NCBI GenBank assembly: GCA_913049785.1
Contig: CAJWXP010000006.1
Location: forward strand, 5,538 to 69,537
DNA length: 64,000 nt
Direction of reading: 5' to 3'
From: an uncultured Dehalococcoidia bacterium
Lineage (GTDB): Bacteria; Chloroflexota; Dehalococcoidia; Lucifugimonadales; UBA1127
This document shows positions 30,495 through 38,019 of this stretch, in pieces (position 1 is the stretch's first letter; the number at the start of each line of letters is the position of its first letter). A program made the translations under genes and the position numbers. The notes beneath the pieces are model-generated. The model was not told the origin of the DNA, did not search any database, and worked only from the letters and a program-made list of their open reading frames with translations.

Positions 30495-31118
30495 AATACC
30501 CTCCCCAAGGTCTATGTTATCCGAATATAGTCCCCGTACGAGCGGGTAAACTAGCATAATCTTATAAATTAGTCAAGAACCATTCTTATTGAAATATGCT
30601 ACGGAATCAATTTATAGTTCGCGAAAATACATCTGAATATGAAATAACATCCGGGAATTCCAATGGTTTACAAATATCCGTTATGTAAATAAGCACTCTT
30701 TATGTTGTCGGATACATACGATCATTGAGGAGCTGTGGAATTGGGAATTGTACCAAGCGAAGATCCAGGTCTTGTTACAGTGAGAGTTGGAATTTAACCA
30801 TTCTCTTTTATCGGCAACGCGCAGAAGGCGAATGTGCGTAGTAGTGGTGTCGATTCTCGTCGCCGAACTAATCGGGGGCATCAATCGTTGGCGAGCATAC
30901 CGGACTAAAGGGTTTGATACGGCCTCATGCGGCCAACTAATCTCAATCAAAAAGGTCGAGTCTCTCGTAGCGCACGAAAGCATTCCTTAGGGTTCACCGA
31001 GGCCCAGCAGGAGCGGATTCACCAGCAGGACTATCGAGGCCGCGAACCATCCCCAAATACGTTTCCCGGCGCCGCCCTTGAGTCTGGCACTGATCCGCTT
31101 ATGTGCCCGGTGCCGGGC

Positions 31119-31340
31119 CCACCAGAGAGACAGATTGGCTGAGCCCTCGGACGAATTGTCCGAGGGCTCAGCCTTTTTCAGGAGCAGCACTCAACGCCGT
31201 GACCCTTTGGAATGATCGTCTCGACTCGGACCACGGCTTGGTCAATTACTATTTTGTCGACAACCAGCTTCAATAATTGCTATCGCTCGTCGAGGTTCAT
31301 TGATTCCAGTCCCTGTGTCACACGGGCACAGGAAGCCTTC
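31119..31340 (+). repeat. direct repeat copy B
   Basis: Matches 13663-13884 with an offset of 17456 nt. It starts with CCACCA and includes a perfect 16-bp hairpin at 31137-31173. Confidence 0.85.
31178..31340 (-). pseudogene. relic of large serine recombinase C-terminal tail (copy B)
   Basis: It translates to ..ARVTQGLESMNLDER*QLLKLVVDKIVIDQAVVRVETIIPKGHGVECCS*. The in-frame TAG lies at 31280-31282, and nothing upstream is recombinase-like. Confidence 0.55.
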
Positions 31341-31346
31341 TCGTGA

Positions 31347-32402
31347 TCACACCCGGTTCCCAATTTCCGGTGAATCAGCGGCGTATCGGTAGGCTCGAAA
31401 CACCTGACGACTGGGCTGGCCCACTCGATCGACCACCAGGGGGTTGATGAACTCCCAGACGGTTTCGCACTCTTGAGTCACTTCGAACATGCGACCCGAT
31501 CGTCCTTCACAAATGAGGGTGTTGCCGTTGGGTAAACGCTGGGCCCCGCTGATGTTGAAGCTGAAGAACGAGTCCGGTGGCGCTCCCGTATACTCCCAGA
31601 CAATCTCCTGAGTCTCCGGCACGATCTCAATGACCCTGGAGTGGTTGCGGCTTGCTCCGTTATCAAACACCAGTATGTTTCCATTAGCCAGCATCGTCGG
31701 GTTGTGCTGTGAGTTCGTGATGCCCTGATTAAGCCGCCATTTTACCTTCCCGGTATTCTTATCGATGATCATGAGCCTGCTCAGGCTATTGAAGCTCACC
31801 AGCAGATCGCCACCGGGAAGCTCCTCCAACGCGTTACAGTGAAGCCAAGTGGATCGTGGGCCTGTTGGAGGTGGAACGTCCGCATCAAGATCCAGAGAAT
31901 CGTAGGCACGCCACTCCCAGACGACCTGCCCGTCAGGGGTGATTTCCTTCAATCGTTCGCCACGGATAGTCCCATCATCTGCTTCTGTGCCCGGGGCACC
32001 CCCCTTAATCTTTGAAGCAGTATCCGGGGCAAGGACATCAGATATCACGACGATGGTGTTTCCGTTCGATCGCCTCACATGGTCGTGATGTGTCAGGGCG
32101 TCCTGATACTCCCAGACCACGTTGCCATCCCAGTCCATCTCTACCATGAGGCCTGAGTTTCCCCCTAGCTCACCAAAAACCTCGGTGCCGTCCACCAACT
32201 TAGCAAGCAGGTTGCCGTTCTCCAGCAAAGTCCCATAGAACGTTTTTGTTCCTGTTGGTGCCGCCCATTCATGGACGACACTCCCAGCCATATCGATCAA
32301 ATAGAAAGCCGGTGCCGACATTGGCGTGTACAGGGTATATCCAGGAGACGTGCGTTTCCCATCGTGATGGGACAGGCCCGCCAGAAACATTGAATAGCCC
32401 AT
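31347..32402 (-). CDS. arylsulfotransferase (ASST)-like beta-propeller protein
   Basis: 351 aa with repeated NGN(L/T/I)L motifs, HHD..R..NGNT and HCNALE. No signal peptide is seen. The family call rests on pattern memory only. Confidence 0.55.
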   Translation of the reverse strand: MGYSMFLAGLSHHDGKRTSPGYTLYTPMSAPAFYLIDMAGSVVHEWAAPTGTKTFYGTLLENGNLLAKLVDGTEVFGELGGNSGLMVEMDWDGNVVWEYQDALTHHDHVRRSNGNTIVVISDVLAPDTASKIKGGAPGTEADDGTIRGERLKEITPDGQVVWEWRAYDSLDLDADVPPPTGPRSTWLHCNALEELPGGDLLVSFNSLSRLMIIDKNTGKVKWRLNQGITNSQHNPTMLANGNILVFDNGASRNHSRVIEIVPETQEIVWEYTGAPPDSFFSFNISGAQRLPNGNTLICEGRSGRMFEVTQECETVWEFINPLVVDRVGQPSRQVFRAYRYAADSPEIGNRV

Positions 32403-32919
32403 GATCCCTCCATACCGCGACTACCTTGGAGTTCACCTTCTCCTTAATTCCCTGAGCGTCGTTCTCTACAAACGCCCTTTGACTTCAGGCCCATCAACCG
32501 GTTACGCTGTGCCCTACGGGTCAATATCCAATTTCTTTTCATGAACCTCTCGACTCGCCAAATTTCTTCTATTCCCAAATCAGATCAATGCTATCTACAC
32601 AATCGTTTGCGAATGGGCCGATGATGTCAGAGAGGGTGGCAAGAGTCAAGGCAGATTCAAACCAACGCACGCTATCTAATCCCCATGCGTGCCCTACCTG
32701 GCCTCTGCAATAATAGCTGCTACCAGCAATTCAGACCTCGCTTCTCATCGCCCTATTGAGCCCAATTGATTCGACTTGACGAAGGTTGAAGCAAGTGCTA
32801 ATTTCGAACATATAGATCTTCGTGTGACCATAATTCATCTAATTACGATGAACTTCGTACGGGTAGCTGGCACGCTGAGCATATTACCTGCGTAGTTCGC
32901 AACACTAAAGGAGGGTGTT

Positions 32920-33837
32920 ATGACTACTGATACCACCTTGAAAAAGGTACGTCTTTCCGTCAGCAACGCGGTGCATTCTTTGACGGTCTTGGTAGCAAGT
33001 GAAGAAGGTCTCTTTGTTGAGCAAGGGCTTGACGTTGAACTTGTGAAGACTGCAGGTGCAGCGCAAGTCGATACCACCAAAGAAGACGTTCGCACTGCCA
33101 TCTTTGATCGTCCGTTAGAGGCCCTTTATAACGCCGGAGGAATGGACCAGTTCCGGCTGTGTGAATGGGGCATAGTCAAACGGGTCGTAGACGGTTGGCA
33201 GTCAGATCAACGGCCTGCCAAAATCGTAGGCCTTGGCGCCGCCATGTCTAAGTTTGCTATCGTTGTTGGGGCCAATAGCAGCATCGTAGAGCCGGAGCAG
33301 CTCGCCGATACGGAAATAGCTGTAACCATCTACAACGGTTCCCACTTCACCACGCTCAAGATGCTTGAGGGGTTCCTCACAAAAGACGAACTCAAGGTCA
33401 CAAACGCAGGCACTATGCCTCAACGACTTGAAGCCGTCCGCAAAGGTGAGTTGGCCGCTGCTACCTTTAACGAGCCTTGGATCAGCGTGGCCCAGAAGCA
33501 GGGATTGCGCATCATCACTGAAGCCCACTCCACCAGGATTGAGGCTGCTGGTGACGAAATGGACGGCCCCACCCTGGCCGCAACCTTCCGGGCTCAAGCT
33601 AACGCTGCCGAACTCATCACCGCCAACCCAGCGAAATACACCCACTATATGAGTGATGAGACTGGCGGTTTGCTCACCCCTGATGAACTTCAGACATGGC
33701 GCCTTTTGTATGTCGCCCCTGCACCTTACACGCGAGCGCGTTTCGCTCGCACGTACCAATGGATGTTGGGGTTCCCGGACCTTGTGCCAGAAGGTGCCAC
33801 CTACGAAGCAGCGGTAGACAACCGCGCCTGGGAGTAG
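32920..33837 (+). CDS. NMT1/THI5-like (type-2 periplasmic-binding fold) protein, no signal peptide
   Basis: AAAGGAGGG precedes the ATG. It is a paralog of 35342-36259, with long shared blocks: FRLCEWGI(V/M)KR, NGSHFTTLK(M/L)LEGF, EPWISVAQKQG(L/F)RII and YTR.RF..TY.WMLG(F/Y)P(D/E)LV. Confidence 0.7.
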   Translation: MTTDTTLKKVRLSVSNAVHSLTVLVASEEGLFVEQGLDVELVKTAGAAQVDTTKEDVRTAIFDRPLEALYNAGGMDQFRLCEWGIVKRVVDGWQSDQRPAKIVGLGAAMSKFAIVVGANSSIVEPEQLADTEIAVTIYNGSHFTTLKMLEGFLTKDELKVTNAGTMPQRLEAVRKGELAAATFNEPWISVAQKQGLRIITEAHSTRIEAAGDEMDGPTLAATFRAQANAAELITANPAKYTHYMSDETGGLLTPDELQTWRLLYVAPAPYTRARFARTYQWMLGFPDLVPEGATYEAAVDNRAWE

Positions 33838-33887
33838 AGATCAACCACTTCACGACTTGTAACCAACACGCCGGAGGTTAGGAAGCT

Positions 33888-34448
33888 ATGCCCAGAAGGG
33901 TTCCTGTCATTACCCGTGATCAGGTGGCTGATGAGCACAAGGCGGCCTACGACGAGATAACCGCCATCCGCGGTCGCCCGCCGGTAATCGGCCCTTCGTC
34001 CGTCCTCATCAACAGCCCTGAGATGGCACTGCGCTCTAATCGCCTATCGGAATACCTGGGTGGGTCTGACGCTTTGCCGGAGAAGATAAAACGGTTGGCT
34101 GGCATGATCGCGGCCCGCTCAATGGACTGCCAGTACATCTGGGACGCCCAGGCCACGGAAGGTCGTAAAGCCGGGCTAAGCGGGGCTCTTGTCGATGCCA
34201 TGCGTGAGAAGAATCCGCTCCCGTCATTGCCTGCAGATGAAGCTCCTCTAGTGCACTTCGGTCAGGAGCTTGTGAGCACCAGCCGGGTGAGTCAGGAAGT
34301 CTTCCAGGCTGCACTTGATCAGGTAGGCCTTCAAGGCCTTACAGAGTTCACCACATACATCGGGTACTACCGGATGCTGGCCCTCAACGCGAATGCTTTC
34401 ACTATCGATGTACCCGAGCAACGCACTGAGGCGTTATTGCCTATCTAA
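33888..34448 (+). CDS. carboxymuconolactone decarboxylase (CMD) family protein
   Basis: 186 aa with CMD-like helices (..LAGMIAARSMDCQYIWDAQ..). Confidence 0.7.
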   Translation: MPRRVPVITRDQVADEHKAAYDEITAIRGRPPVIGPSSVLINSPEMALRSNRLSEYLGGSDALPEKIKRLAGMIAARSMDCQYIWDAQATEGRKAGLSGALVDAMREKNPLPSLPADEAPLVHFGQELVSTSRVSQEVFQAALDQVGLQGLTEFTTYIGYYRMLALNANAFTIDVPEQRTEALLPI

Positions 34449-34503
34449 AGAAATCGGGAGCGAACCAACGGAGTCGCGAACGCTTCAAGAGAAAGGAACC
34501 AAA

Positions 34504-35181
34504 ATGCCTTGGATCAAGGTCATCACCCCCAAGGAATCGGAAGGCGAGTTGAAAGAGGTCTACGCCAAACTCGCCGCACAACGTGCCGGTGAGGCTATCA
34601 ACCAGGACAGAGAGTCTGCCCCAGGAGAGCCACCGATTACGCCGCCGATGCTCCATAGCTTAAATCCCAAAGTCATGTGGCACACGGCCGAACTCATGTG
34701 GGAGATCATGCGTGGGGAGTCGCGGCTGACCACGGCACAGCGAGAGATGATCGCCACCGTAACCTCCGCCACGTTGAACTGTCGCTTCTGAACTGTTGCC
34801 CACGCAGAGTTTCTGCGACAAGAAGGTGGAGACGACCTGGTAACAGAGCAGGTGAAAGACGACTGGCGAAAGGCCGACCTTTCTAAACCCGACTACGCAA
34901 TGCTGGAATACGCGGAAAAACTGAGCCTGGCGCCCAGCATGATGAATGAGGGAGATATCGCAAATCTTCGGGATGCCGGTTGGACGGATAGAGACATCCT
35001 CGACATTGCGCACGTATGCGCCTACTTCAACTTCCGCGTACGCATGGTCGATGGGTTGGGACTTGAGCTTGGCGATTGGCAATTAGAGCGTTCAAAGGCG
35101 GGTGCTGAGAGAGCGCAGGTACTTGCTGATCAACGCGGTCAGGCCATGCCTGCGGATCCATGGGGAGTACGAGCAAGCTAA
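34504..35181 (+). CDS. AhpD-like peroxidase-related enzyme, candidate selenoprotein (in-frame TGA at 34789-34791)
   Basis: Track ORFs 34393-34791 and 34852-35181 share one frame. Read through the TGA they give ..ATLNCRF[TGA]TVAHAEFLRQ..DIANLRDAGWTDRDILDIAHVCAYFNF.., a single AhpD/CMD-core protein. The TGA sits at the second Cys of C-x-x-C-x3-H. A hairpin at 34803-34817 has the loop AGUUU beginning 17 nt after the TGA. Confidence 0.6.
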
Positions 35182-35341
35182 CAATTCTTATTCTATAGGC
35201 ATTATCGAATAGGAATGTTTTAGGATGAATAGCTATTGAGCCAAGTGGGTTGAAAATCCCATAAATAGGCAATGTATTCTACGCAATTGTGTCAAACTTA
35301 ATTGGATGTCACACAAATATAAAACAGGGGAGGACAGTTAT

Positions 35342-36259
35342 ATGACGACAGAAGCGGGTTTGAAAAACGTTCGAGTATCTATGATGAATGCGGTCCACGA
35401 TCTGGCCTTACTAGTAGCAAGAGATGAAGGGCTGTTTCGGGACCAAGGGCTTGATGTGGAGATCGTCACAACACCGGGGACTGCGCAGGTGGGTGCGGAC
35501 CGCCAAGCAATGAAGGACGTGATATTCGATCGGACTATGGAGTCAGCGTACAATTCGGGCGACGTGGACCAGTTCCGTATGTGCGAGTGGGGAATCATGA
35601 AACGCACTGTCGAGGCTGAGGAAGCCGGTCAACGATCAGCCAAGATCGTGGCGTTGGGTTCCGCGATGTCCAGCTTTGCAATCATCGCCGCAGCAAACAG
35701 TGACTATTATGAGCCGGAGCAGTTCAGGGACGTGCCAATCGCCGTGAGTCCCTTCAATGGCTCCCACTTCACGACGCTGAAGCTACTGGAAGGATTCATA
35801 GCTAAAGAGAACATCAAAACCACCAATGCCGGCACCATGGAAGAGCGATTGACAGCCATTGGCAAGGGAGAAGTAGCAGCCGGTTCATTCATGGAGCCGT
35901 GGATCAGCGTGGCCCAGAAGCAGGGTTTCCGGATCATCATGGAAAGCCACTCCACTCGCAGCGAGGCGTCTGGTGACGAACTTGATGGCGCCACTCTTGC
36001 AGCGATGTTCCGGGCCGAAGCTGCTGCATCGGAGATGATCAACAACAACCCCAGTAAGTATGCGCATTACTTCATGGAAGAGGCCAAGGGTCTCCTTGAA
36101 CCCAAAGACCTTCAGACCTGGCGGCTGCTGTACGCCCCTCCCGTTGCGTACACACGTGAGCGCTTCGACTATACGTACAACTGGATGCTGGGCTATCCGG
36201 AACTGGTAACTCCCGGGGCTACCTTTGAGGGCACCGTGGACAACCGAGCCTGGGAATAA
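35342..36259 (+). CDS. NMT1/THI5-like protein, no signal peptide (paralog of 32920-33837)
   Basis: GGGGAGG precedes the ATG at 35342. See the shared blocks listed for 32920-33837. Confidence 0.7.
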   Translation: MTTEAGLKNVRVSMMNAVHDLALLVARDEGLFRDQGLDVEIVTTPGTAQVGADRQAMKDVIFDRTMESAYNSGDVDQFRMCEWGIMKRTVEAEEAGQRSAKIVALGSAMSSFAIIAAANSDYYEPEQFRDVPIAVSPFNGSHFTTLKLLEGFIAKENIKTTNAGTMEERLTAIGKGEVAAGSFMEPWISVAQKQGFRIIMESHSTRSEASGDELDGATLAAMFRAEAAASEMINNNPSKYAHYFMEEAKGLLEPKDLQTWRLLYAPPVAYTRERFDYTYNWMLGYPELVTPGATFEGTVDNRAWE

Positions 36260-36528
36260 ACCAACCGATGCACGGTTCCCGATCGTTGGAAATTGTCCGA
36301 AATGGGGCACGTTAAGAGAGGACGGGGCTATGGCCGATCTGGAAATGGTGAAGGAGCTCATCAAGGGCGCCTATGACATGCATAGCCTCCGGGAACTCCT
36401 CCCAGAGCCATGTGCTGCCTTCAATGCCAGTGAACAGGAAGGATACAATTCCGCTGGGTAGTGCGACCATCAGTTATCCCCTGCTCAATTAGAATTTGGA
36501 GGGGCACATCAGTGTTTGAAGAGGGTTA

Positions 36529-36827
36529 CTAAATTCTCACTTGCACATCATCGCCATCTACTTTGACCTCGTAGACGGGCAACGCTTCTCTTGCAGGGCC
36601 GTTGGTTACTACGCCAGTCTTGAGCTCAAAGCAGCTACCGTGGAAGGGGCAAGTAATCTCCCCATCGTCAATCTCCGCATCTTCCATGGTAAGGCCCACG
36701 TGAGGACAATCGTTGGAAAATGCGACTAACTCGCCGCCTATCTCAGCTAGGACTATGCTGTTGCCACCAGCTTCCTCTTTGAACCAGTGATTTCACTGCG
36801 TTTGCTTACCGTTACAAATTCCGACAA
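36529..36827 (-). pseudogene. Rieske-type [2Fe-2S] ferredoxin, apparent 1-nt frameshift
   Basis: The downstream frame reads ..FSNDCPHVGLTMEDAEIDDGEITCPFHGSCFELKTG..YEVKVDGDDVQV (CPH..CPFH). The N-terminal (M)SEFVTVSKRSEITGS lies in another frame, starting at TTG 36827 after GGAGGGG. The frames join near 36775-36790, and the length of 299 nt is not divisible by 3. Confidence 0.6.
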
Positions 36828-37024
36828 GATCCCCTCCGAAATCGCCGAGTGTTTTGCTATCTAGAATTGGCTAAGGGAGTATCGTTTGACGCTACCGTAC
36901 TATCAAGGGGATTCGTATGTACATACTGTCAAGTGCAGCACGTCACAGCACATGCAAAGAGGAAGAATTTTAATAGTGAATCGGGAAAGGCAGGCGTTCT
37001 CCGTCTCCGTCACAGAGGAACCAA

Positions 37025-37067
37025 AAGGAAAAGCCCTCCAGACGTAATGCCTGGAGGGCTTTTCCTT
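37025..37067. terminator. bidirectional intrinsic terminator
   Basis: A 17-bp stem joins AAGGAAAAGCCCTCCAG and CTGGAGGGCTTTTCCTT. It is T-rich on the minus strand after the stop of the oxidoreductase beta subunit. Confidence 0.7.
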
Positions 37068-37121
37068 CTGCTCAAGAATGACATCTTCAACGCTCGATGC
37101 GTTGAGGAGCGATTACGTCCG

Positions 37122-38006
37122 CTACATCATCCTGCCAAGGAGCTTCTTAGTCTGGTCCTCAGTGATCCCCAAGGTGCGGGACGACAAGGGGCCATCGTTA
37201 AGGACGGGTTCTCGAGCCCCTAGGCTCTTGCTATCAGGGTCTTGGTAAAAGAGGCCGATATTGATGGTAGAACCCCACTCGATAGCCTTTTCGCAGGCGG
37301 CTTTCCAATCGCCTATATCGTGATTCTGATCCTCCAACTTGGTCACCCGTTCCTTGAAGAAGTCGTTGGAGTTGTCGAGGTTGAATGTCACGCATGGGCT
37401 GAAGATATCTACAAGAGAGAAACCCTTGTGCTCGATGGCGCCCTTGATGATGGCAGTGGTATGTCGGATGTCGCCACTGAACGCGCGAGCTACGTAAGTA
37501 GCGCCGCTCATGATGGCTGACGTGATGGGGTTGATAGGGCTCTCCACGTTGCCAAAGGGAGTGCTCTTGGTCTTCATGTCCAACCGACTTGTCGGGGAGA
37601 TCTGGCCGGTGGTCAGACCGTAGACCTGGTTGTTCATGACGATGTACGTAATGTCTACGTTGCGCCGGGCAGTGTGGGTAAGGTGGTTCCCGCCGATGCC
37701 GTAGCCGTCTCCATCCCCGCCGGTGGCAATGACGGTCAAGTCATGGTTGGATAATTTGGCGCCAGAGGCGAATGCCAGGGAACGGCCATGCAGGGTATGC
37801 ATCCCGTAGGAGTTGATGTACCCCGGCAAGTTGGAAGAGCACCCAATGCCGCTTACGGTCAGGATCTGGTGCGGCTGAAGGCCCAACTCTGCGCAAGCAC
37901 GTTGGAGTGAGTTCAGTACGCCAAAATCTCCACAGCCTGGGCACCAGTCCGGGTTGATCCCAGACTTGAAATCGGATGCTTTGAGCTCAATGGTTCCGGT
38001 AGTCAT
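37122..38006 (-). CDS. 2-oxoacid:ferredoxin oxidoreductase, beta (TPP-binding) subunit
   Basis: WCPGCGDFG, GIGCSS and GGDGDGYGIGGNH are present. Confidence 0.85.
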   Translation of the reverse strand: MTTGTIELKASDFKSGINPDWCPGCGDFGVLNSLQRACAELGLQPHQILTVSGIGCSSNLPGYINSYGMHTLHGRSLAFASGAKLSNHDLTVIATGGDGDGYGIGGNHLTHTARRNVDITYIVMNNQVYGLTTGQISPTSRLDMKTKSTPFGNVESPINPITSAIMSGATYVARAFSGDIRHTTAIIKGAIEHKGFSLVDIFSPCVTFNLDNSNDFFKERVTKLEDQNHDIGDWKAACEKAIEWGSTINIGLFYQDPDSKSLGAREPVLNDGPLSSRTLGITEDQTKKLLGRMM

Positions 38007-38019
38007 ATTCAGCTTCTCC

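Larger units (their letters stand above)
13669..31118. mobile_element. candidate ssrA-integrated genomic island remnant (now immobile)
   Basis: The segment is bounded by the 222-bp direct repeats and abuts the tmRNA 3' end. A decayed large serine recombinase sits at the tmRNA-proximal end. No catalytic recombinase domain survives, and the cargo resembles flanking genes. Confidence 0.45.

Noticed and set aside
30681-30983. 100-aa minus-strand ORF in the AT-rich spacer upstream of the SBP operon
   Set aside because: It has no SD sequence and no motif, and it spans DNA of clearly non-coding composition. The region is more likely the promoter or leader for the 30494 operon.
31069-31118. Possible degenerate copy of the tmRNA 3' end upstream of repeat copy B (shared CCCTTGAG exactly 50 nt before CCACCA, and a GCCCGG-tg-CCGGGC hairpin before CCACCA)
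   Set aside because: Apart from the 8-mer and the final CCACCA, the identity in my hand alignment is near random. This is too weak to call an att-site duplication.
32853-32870. Sigma-54-like TGGCACG...GCAT element upstream of the first NMT1-like gene
   Set aside because: The GG-to-GC spacing is 2 nt shorter than the TGGCAC-N5-TTGC consensus, and no enhancer-binding protein gene is nearby.
36331-36462. 43-codon ORF MADLEMVKELIKGAYDMH.. resembling the N-terminus of an amidohydrolase
   Set aside because: It is too short, terminates before any catalytic motif, and nothing continues in another frame. It is probably another gene stub, and the evidence is insufficient to annotate it.
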